A stretch of DNA of 64,000 nucleotides, taken from NCBI RefSeq assembly GCF_000150275.1, contig NW_002060943.1, positions 5,600,008 through 5,664,007 on the forward strand. The letters run 5' to 3'. The notes under the pieces are model-generated. The model saw only the letters and a program-made list of their open reading frames with translations. It was not told where the DNA came from and ran no database searches. Position numbers and translations under genes: made by a program. Below, piece by piece: positions 1 through 14,600 of this stretch; positions within the stretch are counted from its first letter, which is position 1, and the number at the start of each line of letters is the position of its first letter. The stretch comes from Trichoplax adhaerens. Lineage: Eukaryota; Animalia; Placozoa.

Positions 1-858
1 TCAAATGGAATGATCCGTCCCAAAGAATTTGTCATAAAATTAAGAAATGACCAGGCTTTGTTTGCTAATTCTGCTAATGGTAATACTGATGCTTTGACAA
101 ATATGAATGATAGTGAATCACAAATATTCTCTTCTGACCATGATATTGGTAGTCCTAATGGTTTATCATCAGTACAAGGAACTGTAGCTTCTAAAGCTTC
201 TGACCTAAGCCTCGATCGAGGAAACAATAAAATGAGTTTAAGTAAGAAATATTTTTCTTCAGTTCTTGAATTAATGAATAGAAAGGCAAAACTTCCACGT
301 AAACGTAAGCATGATGAATTGGATTTATCTACGGAAGGCCATTCTTTAGGTAATCATTGCTTTGTAAATGAAGAAGGTTATGAAATTAGGAATGAATCAG
401 TTACTGAAGATCATGAAAGTGCTCAATGGGGAGTAGAATTCTTATTCTATTACTTACAAGTGCATTATCGGGGAAAGTATCCTACATGCAGTTATGAAGA
501 GACTGACGAAGGGTTTTTATTGAAAGGTGTTGATGAATACAACAAAATGTTATCGCTAAAAGTAAATTGCCATGGTTTAAAATCGAATAGTAAGGATCGT
601 CCGGTTGACATTGAAATTATAAAAAATAACAGCAAACGATTTATCAAAGTGAAATCTACTACCAAGGATGGAGATATGATTATCAAAATCAGTAGAAATG
701 AGTGGAAGTTTATGCGTGCATCGGGAAGTCGCTATCAGTTATTTTGTGTCTATGGTATACGCCAGCTAGATAAAGTTAGAATAGAGAAAATTGAAGACCC
801 GGCTTCAAAGTTCTTTTCTAATGATTTAGTTCCGTTGGAGATATGCTTTAAGGTGTAA
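1..858 (+). CDS. 3' part of a DUF3883/NO VEIN-C-terminal domain protein (sacsin-like ATPase-nuclease paralogue 1), truncated by the window start
   Basis: The frame is open from base 1 (TCA AAT GGA ATG). The C-terminus WGVEFLFYYL...RPVDIEII...FIKVKSTT...ISRNEWKFM...YQLFCVY aligns by eye with the C-termini of the ORFs at 42739, 56218 and 62359 and with the DUF3883 pattern. Confidence 0.8.
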   Translation, partial: SNGMIRPKEFVIKLRNDQALFANSANGNTDALTNMNDSESQIFSSDHDIGSPNGLSSVQGTVASKASDLSLDRGNNKMSLSKKYFSSVLELMNRKAKLPRKRKHDELDLSTEGHSLGNHCFVNEEGYEIRNESVTEDHESAQWGVEFLFYYLQVHYRGKYPTCSYEETDEGFLLKGVDEYNKMLSLKVNCHGLKSNSKDRPVDIEIIKNNSKRFIKVKSTTKDGDMIIKISRNEWKFMRASGSRYQLFCVYGIRQLDKVRIEKIEDPASKFFSNDLVPLEICFKV

Positions 859-2075
859 TGATGATTGCGTTATTAGAAAAATGGAGATGCTTTACGAAAG
901 GGGTGTGCTGAATACAAGTATAGAATATGTCGTGTAACACATTATAGTAAAAGTATTTGTAAGCATTTACGGAAACAACGCAATGATACCCGCTTTTGTG
1001 TTGGATGAGAGATTAAATGAGAATAGTTCATCGTAAGATTTTGTTCTATAAAAGTATATCTTCTTATGCACTATGAACTTTTTATGGGATTTGGCGTCGA
1101 GATGCAATCTTTGCCTGGGTAATATTTGTTGTAGCTATTAATTTTTGATTTTGTAAGCATTAATATCGAAAGGTTTACCCTGTTGCAAAGTGCTAAAGTT
1201 CTTATATATTGATTTTAAGATTTAGAATCGTATCGAATCAGCCTTTCAGGCGTTGCGTAGTTGGTAGTTCACGTTGTAAATATCGTTTTTACTGAAGCAT
1301 GTTATAGTAAGAATTATTGATAGTATGAGAATTAAGTTAAAGGTGAGAATAGCGCAACTAGAAATAATCCTGTGTTGCCTAATTGGTAGTGCAGTAATTC
1401 TAATTATTAGCAGGTTGTGCGATTTTATGCAGTTACATTTTTTTTGCAATGATAAATTGAAATGAAGTAGTTACAACATTACAAAATAATTGTTTTGATC
1501 ACGGTCTCTGTTGTAAATGGTAACATATGCACGTTTATCGACGCATTGTAAAAAGTAGTATTTTACGAGGTAGTAAGAAGTTTTAGTGTATGTATGGCGT
1601 TTATAGCCGTAGTAAATTATAATTATCAGAAGAATAAGAAATTGTAAGCTTTCAAATACGTAAAAGAGCCGGTTTATGTATAAAGTTTTCATATCAAGCT
1701 TAAAGGACTTTCAGAACAACAGAATTTGTAATAGCAACCCAACATTTTATGACAATAATTATGTTTTGAGTACTGCTATAAACAAATGAATAAAATGTAT
1801 AAAATTTCAATATAGTACAGAATTATAACTCGAAGTGTATTTCCTGTAAGAAGCGATTCGAATCAGTAATTTAGAAGATTGCATTCACATGCCGTAAACA
1901 TCGTAAATCCCTTATTGATACCTAGCCAAAATAAGTAGATGTACGTCTAAGTACAAGCCTGGTAACATTCTTTATCGTATATATAAGGTTTATAATAACG
2001 GTGGGCTGGCTATTACTAATTTTAATTAATAAAAAAATGTAAAGATTTTCAATAAATTTCTTTAATAAACTTCAA

Positions 2076-4564
2076 TTACAGGAACTTCTTTACTGACATA
2101 GACTCTAGTTGTTTTCGGAGTTTGGAAGATAAATGAAATCCTTTTGCTGAGGTAATCCTACGCTTTTTATATTTGTAAACGTTATTCCTTTTCATGCTAA
2201 TTTTGCGATTTAAGATATTATTCGTAACCTAAAGCAGCATAGGAAATATGGTTACAATCTCCTGCCAAGGTTTTCATTTAACATATTTTATGTATTACCA
2301 AATTTATTCGATCTGTAGCTAAATAGATTCGAAATTAATTAAGTTACCATCGATTCATTGAATTTAGTTGCTTTGTCGTTATCTTCTACTTTTGTAGTAT
2401 GGTGACCGTTAATGTCAGGAATTGCAGATTTCGATTTAATATTGTCCAACTTAAGGCGTTTACCTGAAATTGCGGCATTTTCTTAAAAACAAAGATATCA
2501 GAATATTTTAATACTCAAAAGTTGTAGTAAAGGATAAAAAGCAATGCTATAAATATACTAATAACTCATTAGATAATAAAGACTGACCGAGAGATCTTGG
2601 CATTTTAGACATCTGTTGTTTATATTCTACAGGTGATTCTTCAAATCTTATATGTGTATTACTAGCTATCCGATCTATCAATTATGAAATGATAGCAAGG
2701 ACAAGCGCATAAGTAGATTAAGATACTTCATAATATTTTCAATATGCGCAAAACACCATCACACAAGTCTTATTACCACTACTGGTACCAGGTTTATTAC
2801 GTAATATTAGGTTATCAAAGCGAAAAACGAACGGGATACTAGGAGGTATCCAAGAATTCATTCTTGCTTCAACACATTCCTACATTTATATTGCATAAAT
2901 GCTCAGTTTATATATTTTTAAAAAAGATAATGTCTTTATTATAAGTTATTATTATGACTTACATGGCCATAGTGTCCCTTTTTACCACAATTGTAGCAAT
3001 AGACTCTAGGGTTTTGGGCGTTCAGAAGTTCGTCAGGCGGCTTTTTCGGAGGGCCAAATTTAGTCTATTCGTTGGATTATAAAGTGGCGATAGTCAATGT
3101 AGGCTTTGTGTTTAACAGTTTCAGTGCAAATACGAGCATTTTTTAATATTTACTGGCTAAATATACTTACAGTAGCATAATATTGCCTCCATCTGTCGGG
3201 ACACTCCTTAAAATACCGTGATAAGACGGTTAAATGTATGTATCCATACACAGTCAAAAATTATTCCTTTCTAAAGCTCATATGCCTGCTAGCGCATTCT
3301 AGTATATAAGCTGTGAAGACTGGCCTCTTTAGATGATAAATAAATCTATCGTTTACCTTCTCTACATGGCCCCTCATGAAACAACGTCGACAGGTTTTTC
3401 TTTTATCTTTCGCTAATCCATTAGGACATTCCTAGAAAGCAAGTATTACTTGGGACGACAAGTGAATGAGAAATCGATATGAGCAGAGTAGTACCTTGCC
3501 TCGGTGGCCTTGTTGATCGCACTTGTAACAAAATTGATTAGGACATGAATTCAATTTATGTCCAATTTCACCACATATTCTGCACGTCATTTTCTATAAA
3601 TCGATACAATACAACCGTTCTCAATTGATCGACCTATCTTTGCTAGTTCATTCAGGTTAGACATACCTTTTTCATGGGACATTGGTATGAAAGATGTCCA
3701 AGTTCCAGACAAATATGACACTTTCTGTTGATTACGTGGTTAGTATTATTGAAGTAACGAAACTTCTTGCCTATCGTTCCCTATTATTTGTAGAAATATT
3801 GGTAGAGTTGAATTAAAAATATTGTTGGAAGAATACCGAAAATTCATGATTACTGTATGTATATTTTAAGTTGATGCAATTGAAGGATGCAGATTAATTA
3901 CAAAGTTACCATTACTTTAGAAATTGGAAGGACCACGTCTGTTCATACAGCCATACCATTAGATCAAAATGGAAAAAAGAGCATTATTATAATAGGATAT
4001 AATCAAGAGGTCGATATGCTAATGCTAGTTGAACTTAATAGTAACAATGGCTGGCTGCATCAATTAATTATGGTACAGTTGTAAGCCGATTTTGGATTGG
4101 TGTATAATCAATCCGATAATTACCGTTATCATCCGAATTAAAAGAGACTATATCGCCAGGCTCGTCTTGCAAAACATTCGTCTTAATACAATCAGCTTGA
4201 GTTTCTGTTTTAAGAACTTGGTTGTCGCCTACAGTCAAAAAGGCATAGGAGATTTTAGGCTTTTCAAAGGTTACGATTAGTGAACTGTATAGTGTACACT
4301 TAGCAGATTAGTGCAGACAATCGCAATATTAAAGGTAGGCCCTTTAAACGATGTACACGTATTAGAAAGTTCAGTTGGATAACTAGGTTGATGATACTTT
4401 CTTACTTTATAAAAGCAAAGACTGCTCTGTTACAATAAATAATGCTTCAGTTGCTTTTTTATTTACCTTCTACACTGTTGCCATTGTAAAGGCTAGAGAG
4501 ATCAGAGGTGTAATGATATAATCCATAAATTTTATCCGCTGTATCACTATCTACATCGCTGTCC
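2076..4564 (-). CDS. ZCCHC7: ZCCHC7/Air1-Air2-like CCHC zinc-knuckle protein (TRAMP RNA-binding subunit), multi-exon; first exon(s) not resolved
   Basis: Hand-spliced GT-AG exons with consistent phases give [14 protein letters not shown]...KFRYF...[72 protein letters not shown] and [15 protein letters not shown]. These are five knuckles plus the (I/L)WRxY linker motif typical of Air2/ZCCHC7. Stop TAA at 2076-2078. Confidence 0.85.
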
Positions 4565-6719
4565 CTATTGAAGATAAAACATATTCGTATTTATTTGATT
4601 CCATCTATGGCACTCCGAGATTAGAGGAATCCACACGAATCCCTTATAACAGCCAAGTTACAAACTACCCTAAATTTGAATTATAACAAGTATATGAAAT
4701 CTAAACTAGTCAACTATATCATGCCAATCAGAATAGAGTCGCATGTAGCATTGAAGGGCATTGGATAGACTGCACATAAACACATTAAATGCACTTCAAA
4801 TGAGTTTGCCGTATTCTCTTCCTCTAATATAACATCGTCAATGCATCCCACTTATTTATACAAGATAGAATAATCCTTTTCTCACCAATTCAGGTCAGTT
4901 TCTTGTGCTATCATCTTGAAGAATTCTTTTTAAATTGGCTACCTCGAGTTTTCAACGAAGCTCAAGCTTAGTTGGTCATGGTTAGCCACTAAATCGCCTT
5001 GACGATGACTTTTGCTGTCAAATTTCTAGTTTCGCTATTTCTTACAGCAATCTTAACTCATCTTGTAATGGTTAATATGCCACTAGCAGTGTTCCTCTAG
5101 CTTTTACAAGCCAATTATAAGGAGAATGCTGCTCTTTCAGGCCTTAAACTGACTAATTCTGCCTTGCAGAAGGCTTTCCAGAGCTTGGAGAGGATTTTTG
5201 AATGAGCTCAGTCACGGTATTTTGCTATACTCTAGTGTAAGCGTAGATATACTGTATGGTGGACGAGTATACGCTACATGTGTCAGTATGACTTACCGAT
5301 CTCATTCTAAAGGTGACAATGCAGTAGACTAAGAGTCCCCACACGCTCGTATGCTGTGCTTAGTAAAGTGTTACGGACAGGTGTGCGGGTACTATAGTGA
5401 CACTAGTATATTTGGAGCACGTTCGCGGTACAATATCGCCAGGATCAATGGAAGCAGTTTCTTACTATATTGAAAGTGGCATGATGAAATTGCCAGAGTG
5501 AAAAACATATTACGTATAGTACTGATTGAGTGGTATAATTGAAGGCGAAGAAGGCCGTCCGTCACGTCCGAGCAAGGCGCATCTCGATAATAAATGGCGA
5601 ATGGAAGGCGAAAGCAATTTCGAGCTTATGCGAATATTTGTGCAGGCTCAATATTGCAAAATGGATTACTCTCTATTCGCTTACAGCATTCATTCTAAAT
5701 GAAGCATATTCGTATTTGTAGATGGAATTTGAAAACTACTCCTATTATTACATGTCGTACCAAAGATGTGAAGAAATTGGCATAAGAATGCAGTAGTGCT
5801 CGTAGCTGGTGATTAATTTCCATAAATAAGCGAAACGATCGATCTAAATTGCTGGGATGTCAGTCAAACTTGATTTTTGTAATAGTACAAGGCTTTCATT
5901 TGCCTCAGAATAATATTGAGTATCTAGAAATGACCAGTAATGCATGCTTAGTGTGGTGTATGGTTTTCTTTTAACCCTAACCACAATCGACATTTACTTA
6001 TTTTATTGACATATCCAGTTGTACACTGCATACTAGCTATCACAACTGTAATTAGCTGAAATAATTACGGTTTGATTCTACTGTGGTTCAAACTCTACTT
6101 CACTGTATGTCATGGTATAAAGGCAGAGACCATTGCAAGTGTTATTAGCTAATGCTACGCAACACCGATACAGTAGGATGTCGCTATTGCCAAGTAGCTT
6201 ATACTTGTATTTAGATCCTGTTAGTTCGACTACTAATACTGTACCTCTTGCACTTTTAGCAAATACGGCACTGTAAATAGCTGCAAGGCAAGCGATTAGT
6301 CTAAACAACGGTGCTACGAGTTATAGCATAATTTGTTCGCAAGCAGGTACGTAAAGTATCACGAGTTGCTTGTTCAACTAGTCATCAATTGCAGTATAAT
6401 TATAACTCTGAGCTATCAGGTACTTGCTAGCCTGATAAACTTTATGCCCCAGAAATACTCTATCCATATTAACGTTGTCCACGATCTTTACTATAAACAC
6501 GACATTGCCTGGCGTCATTCTTGATACTGGATATTATTTTAGAAAGATTTTTTTATATTAAGACTATAGCAACAAGCTTCATCTATCAATACATCAGAGT
6601 TAGGTGGATGCAAAGGTAATAATTTATATCTGTTGATAACAATTAATTGTAAAAATCGAGAATTACGTATGTAGATTTAAATTGCAATTACTACGACATA
6701 AACTATTATATCTTGTGTT

Positions 6720-7503
6720 TTCTTAAACGCTTATAGCTATTTATCTTTAATGTATTATACCAATAAAGTCGATTAAAATAACTTTTAGGATTATATTGCC
6801 ATATTATGATAACAGTTGGAATATTCAACCGTGATTGTTTCATTCATTAATATCCTTCAAGCGTGAAGAATTACATGTTTATATATAGGTTTGTGACATG
6901 GAATACGCATAGTATATTATGCTCTATTAAACGCTTGTAGAATTTTCTTATTGATGTATTATACCAATAAAGATGAATAAATAGCGTTAACAATTCTATT
7001 GGTATATCATGATAGTAGTTGGAAAATTCTATCAAAATTATTTCATCTTAGTAACCTTCAAGCATGGAGAATTAGATGTGTACCATATACGTAAATAAAT
7101 TGCTACAAGTGTGGCATGGACTCTAATATCGTATGATTTATTAAACACTTCCAGCTGTTTATCTTGGATGTATTATACCAATAAAGATGATTAAAATAAC
7201 AAGGACGATCGGCATATCATGGCAGCAGTTGGAATTCAATCGCGATTGTTTCATCTTATCTATATAAATTAATTACTAACGGTCAACCCTGGAAAATTAC
7301 ACATGTATCTATAATAAATAAATTGCAACAAGTGCGGCATGGACTGTAGTACCTTATACTCTATTCAAGGCTTGCAGCCTTCTATCCTCGATGTACAATA
7401 TCGCTAAAGATGATTAAAATAACGTTGACCATTGCATTGGCATATTATGACACTAGTAGGAATATATTCAATCGCGATTGTTTCATCTTATTAACCTTCT
7501 AGC
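6720..7503. repeat. Four degenerate tandem copies of a ~200-220 bp unit
   Basis: The core GTATTATACCAATAAAGATGATTAAAATAAC...CAGTTGGAA(TA)TTCAATCGCGATTGTTTCATCTTA recurs at about 6752, 6956, 7170 and 7393. Confidence 0.8.
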
Positions 7504-8680
7504 ATTGTTAGGTTCAAGAAATAGTAGAAATTGGACAATAAATGGAATGTAGGCCTGATCTATCTCTATCTCAGATAATACTGTTAATTTCCGAGTAGTT
7601 ATTGTTTACCGTTATATAGCAGTTCCGATGTTGCCACTACAATACAATTTATCATCTAGAGGAGTTCCCTCCTCGCTTGTCGCTAGGCAACTATTCTGCA
7701 AGGTTACTATAGTCTGTCACATTTTATATTAGTCATTATTATCAAAAACTAATCTAAACTACGATAAACTTTCTTCGATAGTAATAGGGCGAGGTAAAGC
7801 CATCATGAATGAAGATCAGCTGTGCTATAGGCAAAAATAAAATCCAGTATAGTCCAGCGAACTATTTAAAAGAAGTGCGACAATAATTGGTTACTCTTGC
7901 TAACAGGTTAGATAATCTTTCTAGAAAATTATCCAGTAGTAATGAAGCAAAATCAAAAAGTAACTTTATTAGATTATAATTAATCGACGCCCAGATTGAT
8001 GATCGTGAGAATATCTCATCTGATCCTATAGCGCAAACTATTAAACGACAAGGTTGCAGTTTTTCTTCATAGCCAAGAGGTACTACTCAACATAGAGTAG
8101 GCCTTAAATGAAGATTACATTTAAGATATGGGGATATCTAGATTAGTGTTAGCAGATTTATGGCTTATCGAGATTTACAAAAGTATTACTAGAATTTCAT
8201 AACTGATGTATTAAGTCAGCATAATTTCAAATAACAAGATTTAATCTGACATTGTTCGTATCTTAACTACCGATGCTTGATTTGTGACATGTTAACATCT
8301 ACGAAAGCGATGAAGAAAGCCTCAATCAAATAGAGTAATCTATTACATTGTATGACTTTAAAATTTTCTGTCTTAAAATTCAATGTTTCTCGACGCCATT
8401 TATTTTGTAAATACATTATTAATAGGTCTAGAATAGAAGATACATTATACTGTAATTTACTCGGATAAAAAATATACTAGTGATCTTTTCAGCTTAATTT
8501 GTGATTAGCACATTGTTTTAAACAATAAACCGAGAAACCAGCAACAGAAATGTTAGTATATCCATGTTATGTCAAATTTTTATTCTCCATAGGGTGGCAT
8601 TAACTATATTTGAATTAATAAGGCTAATTTACAATTTTAAAATCGTATTATAAAGGAAAAAGGGATTAAAATCTTTCTAC

Positions 8681-11600
8681 ATGGGGACGATAGTTGGCAA
8701 AGATCGCCAACCACAACCACCGTCCAAGACACTTGCACGATCAATTACAGTTAAAAGTAATGCTAGCATACTATCTAGTGATTACTATGATCCAACGGAA
8801 GAATCCAATGTCTCTGTCAGCAATCTCATCGTTTCTTCCTTATCCTTTAACATCCATAATGCTGTAACTTATGAGCAAGCATTAACCAATATGTGGCAAA
8901 ATATGCCTAATAAACCTAGATTATCATTTGAAGATGCTTTCAAGGCTGAACCAACTACAGTGGTTGAATTTTGGAAATTAATTCGAGATACAAGTTATAA
9001 AAGTGATGTAATTGGCGTATCTAAGATGTCTAGAGCAAGAAGATGGAAAACAATTCGATTGTTCGTTTCTTCAACATTCCGTGATTTCCATGCTGAACGA
9101 GAAGTACTAGTCAAAAAGGTTGGCCAACATAATGTATAATCTTTATTTGATTCGTTTTTTATGAAATAACTGCTTCTTACAAATATCTTGTATGGTGAGG
9201 TATAATATTCAATAATAGATAAGTTATCGTATATATCATAGTTAAATGATTGGATGAAATATCAAGCAGAATCTATGAAATATTTTAAAATATGAACGGA
9301 CAATAGCTCCGCGAATTAAGTCAAAGCGCTATATCAATTTGATCATGTCTATCCCTATCCATCAATTTCTTTAATCACAATAAATCTATAATGAATTATA
9401 ATTAATTTATTGAGAAAGTGAACAAAAGTTGAATTTTTAATAGCTATTGATCGTTAATTGATTATTAATGCATTATTTACCGTACATAGTTATACAGTAT
9501 TGCATCTACTTGGATGATAAATTTTAGTAATTTTATATGGCTGTATTTCTACGAGCAGAAATAGGCTCAGCTTATTCAGTTTTTACATCGACAATATTTG
9601 ATTTGATTACAACGCTAGGTATTTCCTGAATTAAGAATATGGTGTGAAGCACGTCGATTTCATTTAGTTGATTGCGATTTAAGATGGGTAAGACAAATCC
9701 GTAAAGAAAGTAACTTTTACAACATAATCAAAGTGTGATGTTCTGTCACTTTGACAGCAGATTTGTAGTAAATTTTTCTGTATAGCATTTGGCAATTTTG
9801 TATCCTGGTAAATTCCGCTTCAGCACTATAGGCAACCGAATGCTATATGTTATTTTCCTTCAAATTTACTGTTATATCCATTTTATGATATACCCGATAA
9901 TTTCCTATACACAATGTTCTATGCAGTATAGTATTTGCTAATTTCTGTTGTTCTTCTATAATGCTTTAATATTTACTGAAGTATTATTTAGAGTAATCGC
10001 TAATTTTGATATTATGTTTCCGTTGCAGCAAACCGCATAATGACAGTTTTTTTATGCGTATTTTCAATTTCAGAGTTCTAGCCTCTCTAATAACAATATA
10101 TACGTTTCATTAATATTCCTATACAGTATTTTCCAAGCTTAACTACAATATCTATCTGACTATAGCTAATGTAGCGTGTTTCCTATGTTACTTGTCGATC
10201 TTTGATGAAATATCCTAATTGGAAAAAAAAGAATAATATATACGTCCAATATTTAACAAATTTTCTTCATATTTTACTTGGGCTGTAGTACTTATGAATG
10301 GGACTAGCTCTATATACATTAGTTCATTCATTCTAAGTTAGTTTCATCATCTTTTTTTATAGATATCTCAAATTAGAATAAGCACTAATGGTGTTTTTAC
10401 TCAATACTAGGGCGTTCCTAAAGATACTACATCGGAAAAAACAATACGTATATGTATGAGTGAGCTTGATCGATGTTATGAAGATAATATACGACCGTTC
10501 TTTCTCAATATGATTAGGTAGTTAAGAAATCGTAGATACTGTTCATGATCGAATTAAGTTATTGATAAGATTTCTTTTTTGTTGCATTTCACTTTTTGGT
10601 ATATCTATTTGCGCTCAGTTTCTAATTATTGAATGTTGCCTAATTAAATGGAATATATGCATACTGTTTATGAGCATTCTATGATTATAATAACTGATAG
10701 CTGGCTTTATGAATATGATTAGTGATAGAGTAGGATGGATACCACCAGTAGAAGAAATTTCTTCGTCACTAGCTCGTGAATATGGTTGGATTAAAAACGC
10801 CTCAGTAACAGAAATGGAAATTATTCATGGAGCAATTAGGAAATATAACCCAAATGGTGAGTGGAATCGCTTAACCATCTTACAAGTATAGTACAATTGC
10901 ATCGCCTAGATACCAGTGACATGATACAAATTGCAACTATCTAATTATAACTATTATAATATCTAATGAATCGCATGTAGCATTATTTATGATGCGTGAT
11001 CCAAGCTATCTGCACAATATGCCAGATAATGTAAAACAAGATTTTATTGAAGAAGATGATGAAGCGATAGAGAAAGTCAAAGCATTGAAGACTTGTTTGC
11101 GCGCTCGATTTAAGGTAACGTAATAGGGCTAAATTGATATAAGATCCTATATGTACTGGATGTTATTATGACTTTATATAATATTAGTTACTTAATAAGC
11201 ATTTTAACTACAGCTTACTGTAAGCACCTGACGCCAAAATTTATTTCTTGATATCTTTATTATCTTAATATAATTCTAATCATGCATCACATCAATTGGT
11301 ATTGATTAGTGCGGTAGCAATCGAACCATTTGAAATAGATACATGTATGAACTAAGTGTAATTTTACTGAGTAGCCGTTTGACCATTAACACACTTGATA
11401 ATTTAGTTACGGAGCTCACTATGATAGACAAGCAACATTATTTAATAGCGCTACATTGGATATTTACTTTAATTATAGGAAATAATTAATTCTTAACGAG
11501 CATATACTCATTTATTACTAATTGTATTTCTTTCGCTTTTTTAAGTCTATGTTACCGTAGATGAATGAGATTCGTAAAAAGAATGTAATAGAGAATAATC

Positions 11601-14600
11601 ATTTCCTGTAACAAATGAGCTTAACACATTGATCGTTCAATAATCTGATAATGACAAACAGCTTTTACTCATTAGAACGCTTACTGTAAGGAATTAAATA
11701 TAATTTGATGTATTTTGCTATCATTTAGCCGGAAAATATTATCCGATACCAATGTGAATATAGTCATATTGACCCAGCCACAGGAAGATCTGTTATGACA
11801 GGGCTTTATGGAGATAATTCTGTTTTTGCTAAAAAGGTCGGCATTACTTATCGACTCAATATACATTGATCTAATATCAGAAGGTTTACCTTAAGTAAAT
11901 GCTAACTTTAAACATAACAGGTACTAGAACATTTTAAACATCGAATCTCCAAGCAGTATCCCATGAATTGTAAATCAATGTCATTAGAAGAAGCATGTGA
12001 TGAATCTCACGAGGTAGTATACCTAGTGTAATTATGAGAGCCTTTAGCTATATTTAAACGATTAATTTTTAAGGCAAAATAATCATTCTAATTCAATATG
12101 ATGATCATACTGATAAGACGTAGCGTTAAAATCGAGTGAAATATTGGATTTCAGACATTTTTAGTTAGCCGATCGTCAGCAGTTTTTGGTCGAGATGCTA
12201 TTCTGCAATTGGTATGTTGATATAGTTATCGTCATAAATGAAGCAGTAGAGCAATAGCTGAAAGCCTGCTGCTACAATTTGTTTTTTATCCATAAGTAAA
12301 TTAACTTAATTCACATTCTATTTCAGATTCAAGATTATATCTTCGAACAAAACGATCATACAATGCTGACTGTATGTGGCGAAGCTGGTGCTGGTAAGAG
12401 TGCAGTAATTGCTAAAAGTGCTGAAATTACAATTGGAAAATTAAATCAAAGATATCATCTGATAGGGTAAGACTATCCATGTTTAAAAAGCATGCATCTA
12501 TTTTTAAGGATAGTACAGTAGCTATGTATATATATATATACATTAGCTACAGTTATTATAGGATGACTCATATTTTGAAAGAAATTGACGTTTGTTTTTG
12601 ACATTTTGGGATATCCAGAAAGAAAAAATGGACAACTTTTTATCATTTTATTGGTGCAGTGCCAGGTTCAACAGATATTGGAAATTTGATACAACGATTT
12701 CTGAAAAGGATGGAGTATAAGGTATTGCTCAATGAAATTCTTTACTTCTAGTACTAGAAACCTTATTTACTCAATTCTATTCTGTAAACTTTTCCTATAA
12801 AAATATTGACGATAATCTACCGTAGATTGGGCAGAAATGTATATAAACCTTCCTTAAGTTGTCTTCAGACTTAATAATTCTTGCTACTCACAGCTTAGCT
12901 AAAGTTGAATATAAGGAAGAGATTGGCGGAATAAATTATGCCACTTAACATTTTCTTTCTCTCCATTTAACTCATTTACTGGCTAATAGTTTTTTGAGAT
13001 TGGCATTCTGAATGATTTTGCTAAGCTCAAAGTATAAAATGTCTTTGATCTAGTCAATTATTGATGAATTCTATCCACTATGAAATTAATATAAGGCTTA
13101 GCGTATAACTTCAGATTCTAATATTAAACCCTTCCAACATGTTTCAGAATCGTCAAAACACAAAACTTCAATTCTCTGTAGAATAGCTACGACTAGATTC
13201 TGATTAGACAATTATTAACAATGACGATTACTGTAGTTTTTTAATGTCGCAAAATGAGCTATAAAGCCTCTGATAAATGAAATAATGGCAACATTCAAGA
13301 GAGCTTGGAATAATAAACATATAACTATAAAAAAGTAGCCACATTAATGAAGAGAATTTTTAATCATTTTAGGGCGAAATTCCTACCGATATGGATGCTT
13401 TAATACGTTTAATGGCTAATGTTCTATCCAGTACTTCAACTAAACCTGTCATCATATTTATTGATGCCATAAATCAAGTAAGTCACTTTACTAGTATGAG
13501 CAGTATGCGAATATCGAAGCTTTTAGGTTATAACTTTGCATCTCTTGTACAAATTAATGTGATAAGTTGTCATTCCTATTGAAGCTTTTATGAGTTGCTA
13601 TAAGTTAGTTAGAGACTATTTCTCACTGATTTTAATCACGACAGATATTATAATAATTATAATTTCATGATACCTTAACTATTTAGCTTGAAACTTTTGA
13701 GAAAATAAAATTCTAGAAACTGACATCCTATAGCCATTCTCTGACCTAACTTTCCTGTTATAGAAAAAGTAGACTTATTTTATTAGCTAAATATGATGCA
13801 ACATGCAAAACACAGTATAAGTTATTTGCTTACAATACTGCTAGATGTAATTACTTCTTCTTTCTTGCTAATCACATATGATTTAGCAAGCACTTTTTTT
13901 GTGCATAAAAAGACATCCAAGTTGAGAATATTCTTTTTTCTAATTTCAGTTGGACGATAATTTACATGCCCAATTAATGACTTGGCTTCCTCAAGAGCCT
14001 TCACCTAATGTTAAAATTATCGTTTCTGTGATTACCGATACAATTTATCATAAAAATTTAATGCTAAGAGCTAAGAAACCCAAGGAATTGAATTGTGATT
14101 CGCTTGAGATGGAAGCAAGAGCAGTACGTTGATTTAATATTGAGCTTTACATGAATTTATCTTAAAATTAGTAGCAATTAAGATGAATTACCAGTGATAT
14201 CCTAAGATTATATTACAACCATACGTTCTAGTGGATTTTTTAGTAAATTAATTAGATAGAATGTCTTACAAAGCTTCGATTAGATTGATTCTTTAAAAAT
14301 AGCATAGCTCACTTACTTACTGTTCTGTGCTAGGAAATCGTCAAGCAGTCGCTAGCCAAGTTTAACAAACAACTCGATGAAGAACAAATGGCTAAATTAC
14401 TGTCTAAGAAAGGATCGTCTAATCCTCTATGGCTGTCTATTGCATGTGAAGAACTTCGTATATTCGGTATATTTGATAAAGTTACGGAAAAAATTGATGG
14501 CTTAGCGGATGATGTTGTCAGGTAACAGTTAGATCATCTTACTATCGTCATTGCTTGATAATGATACAAATAAGAAGCGGGAGGGATTATAGAGAGGATC

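Noticed and set aside
5960-5985. TTTTCTTTTAACCCTAACC resembles a telomerase RNA template
   Set aside because: I could not find a convincing pseudoknot or H/ACA domain downstream, and such short telomere-like motifs occur by chance in AT-rich DNA.
6720-7503. Repeat arrays here and at 25030-25572 and 32827-33216 considered as CRISPR arrays
   Set aside because: The units are 150-220 bp and similar along their whole length, with no short repeat/unique spacer pattern and no cas genes.
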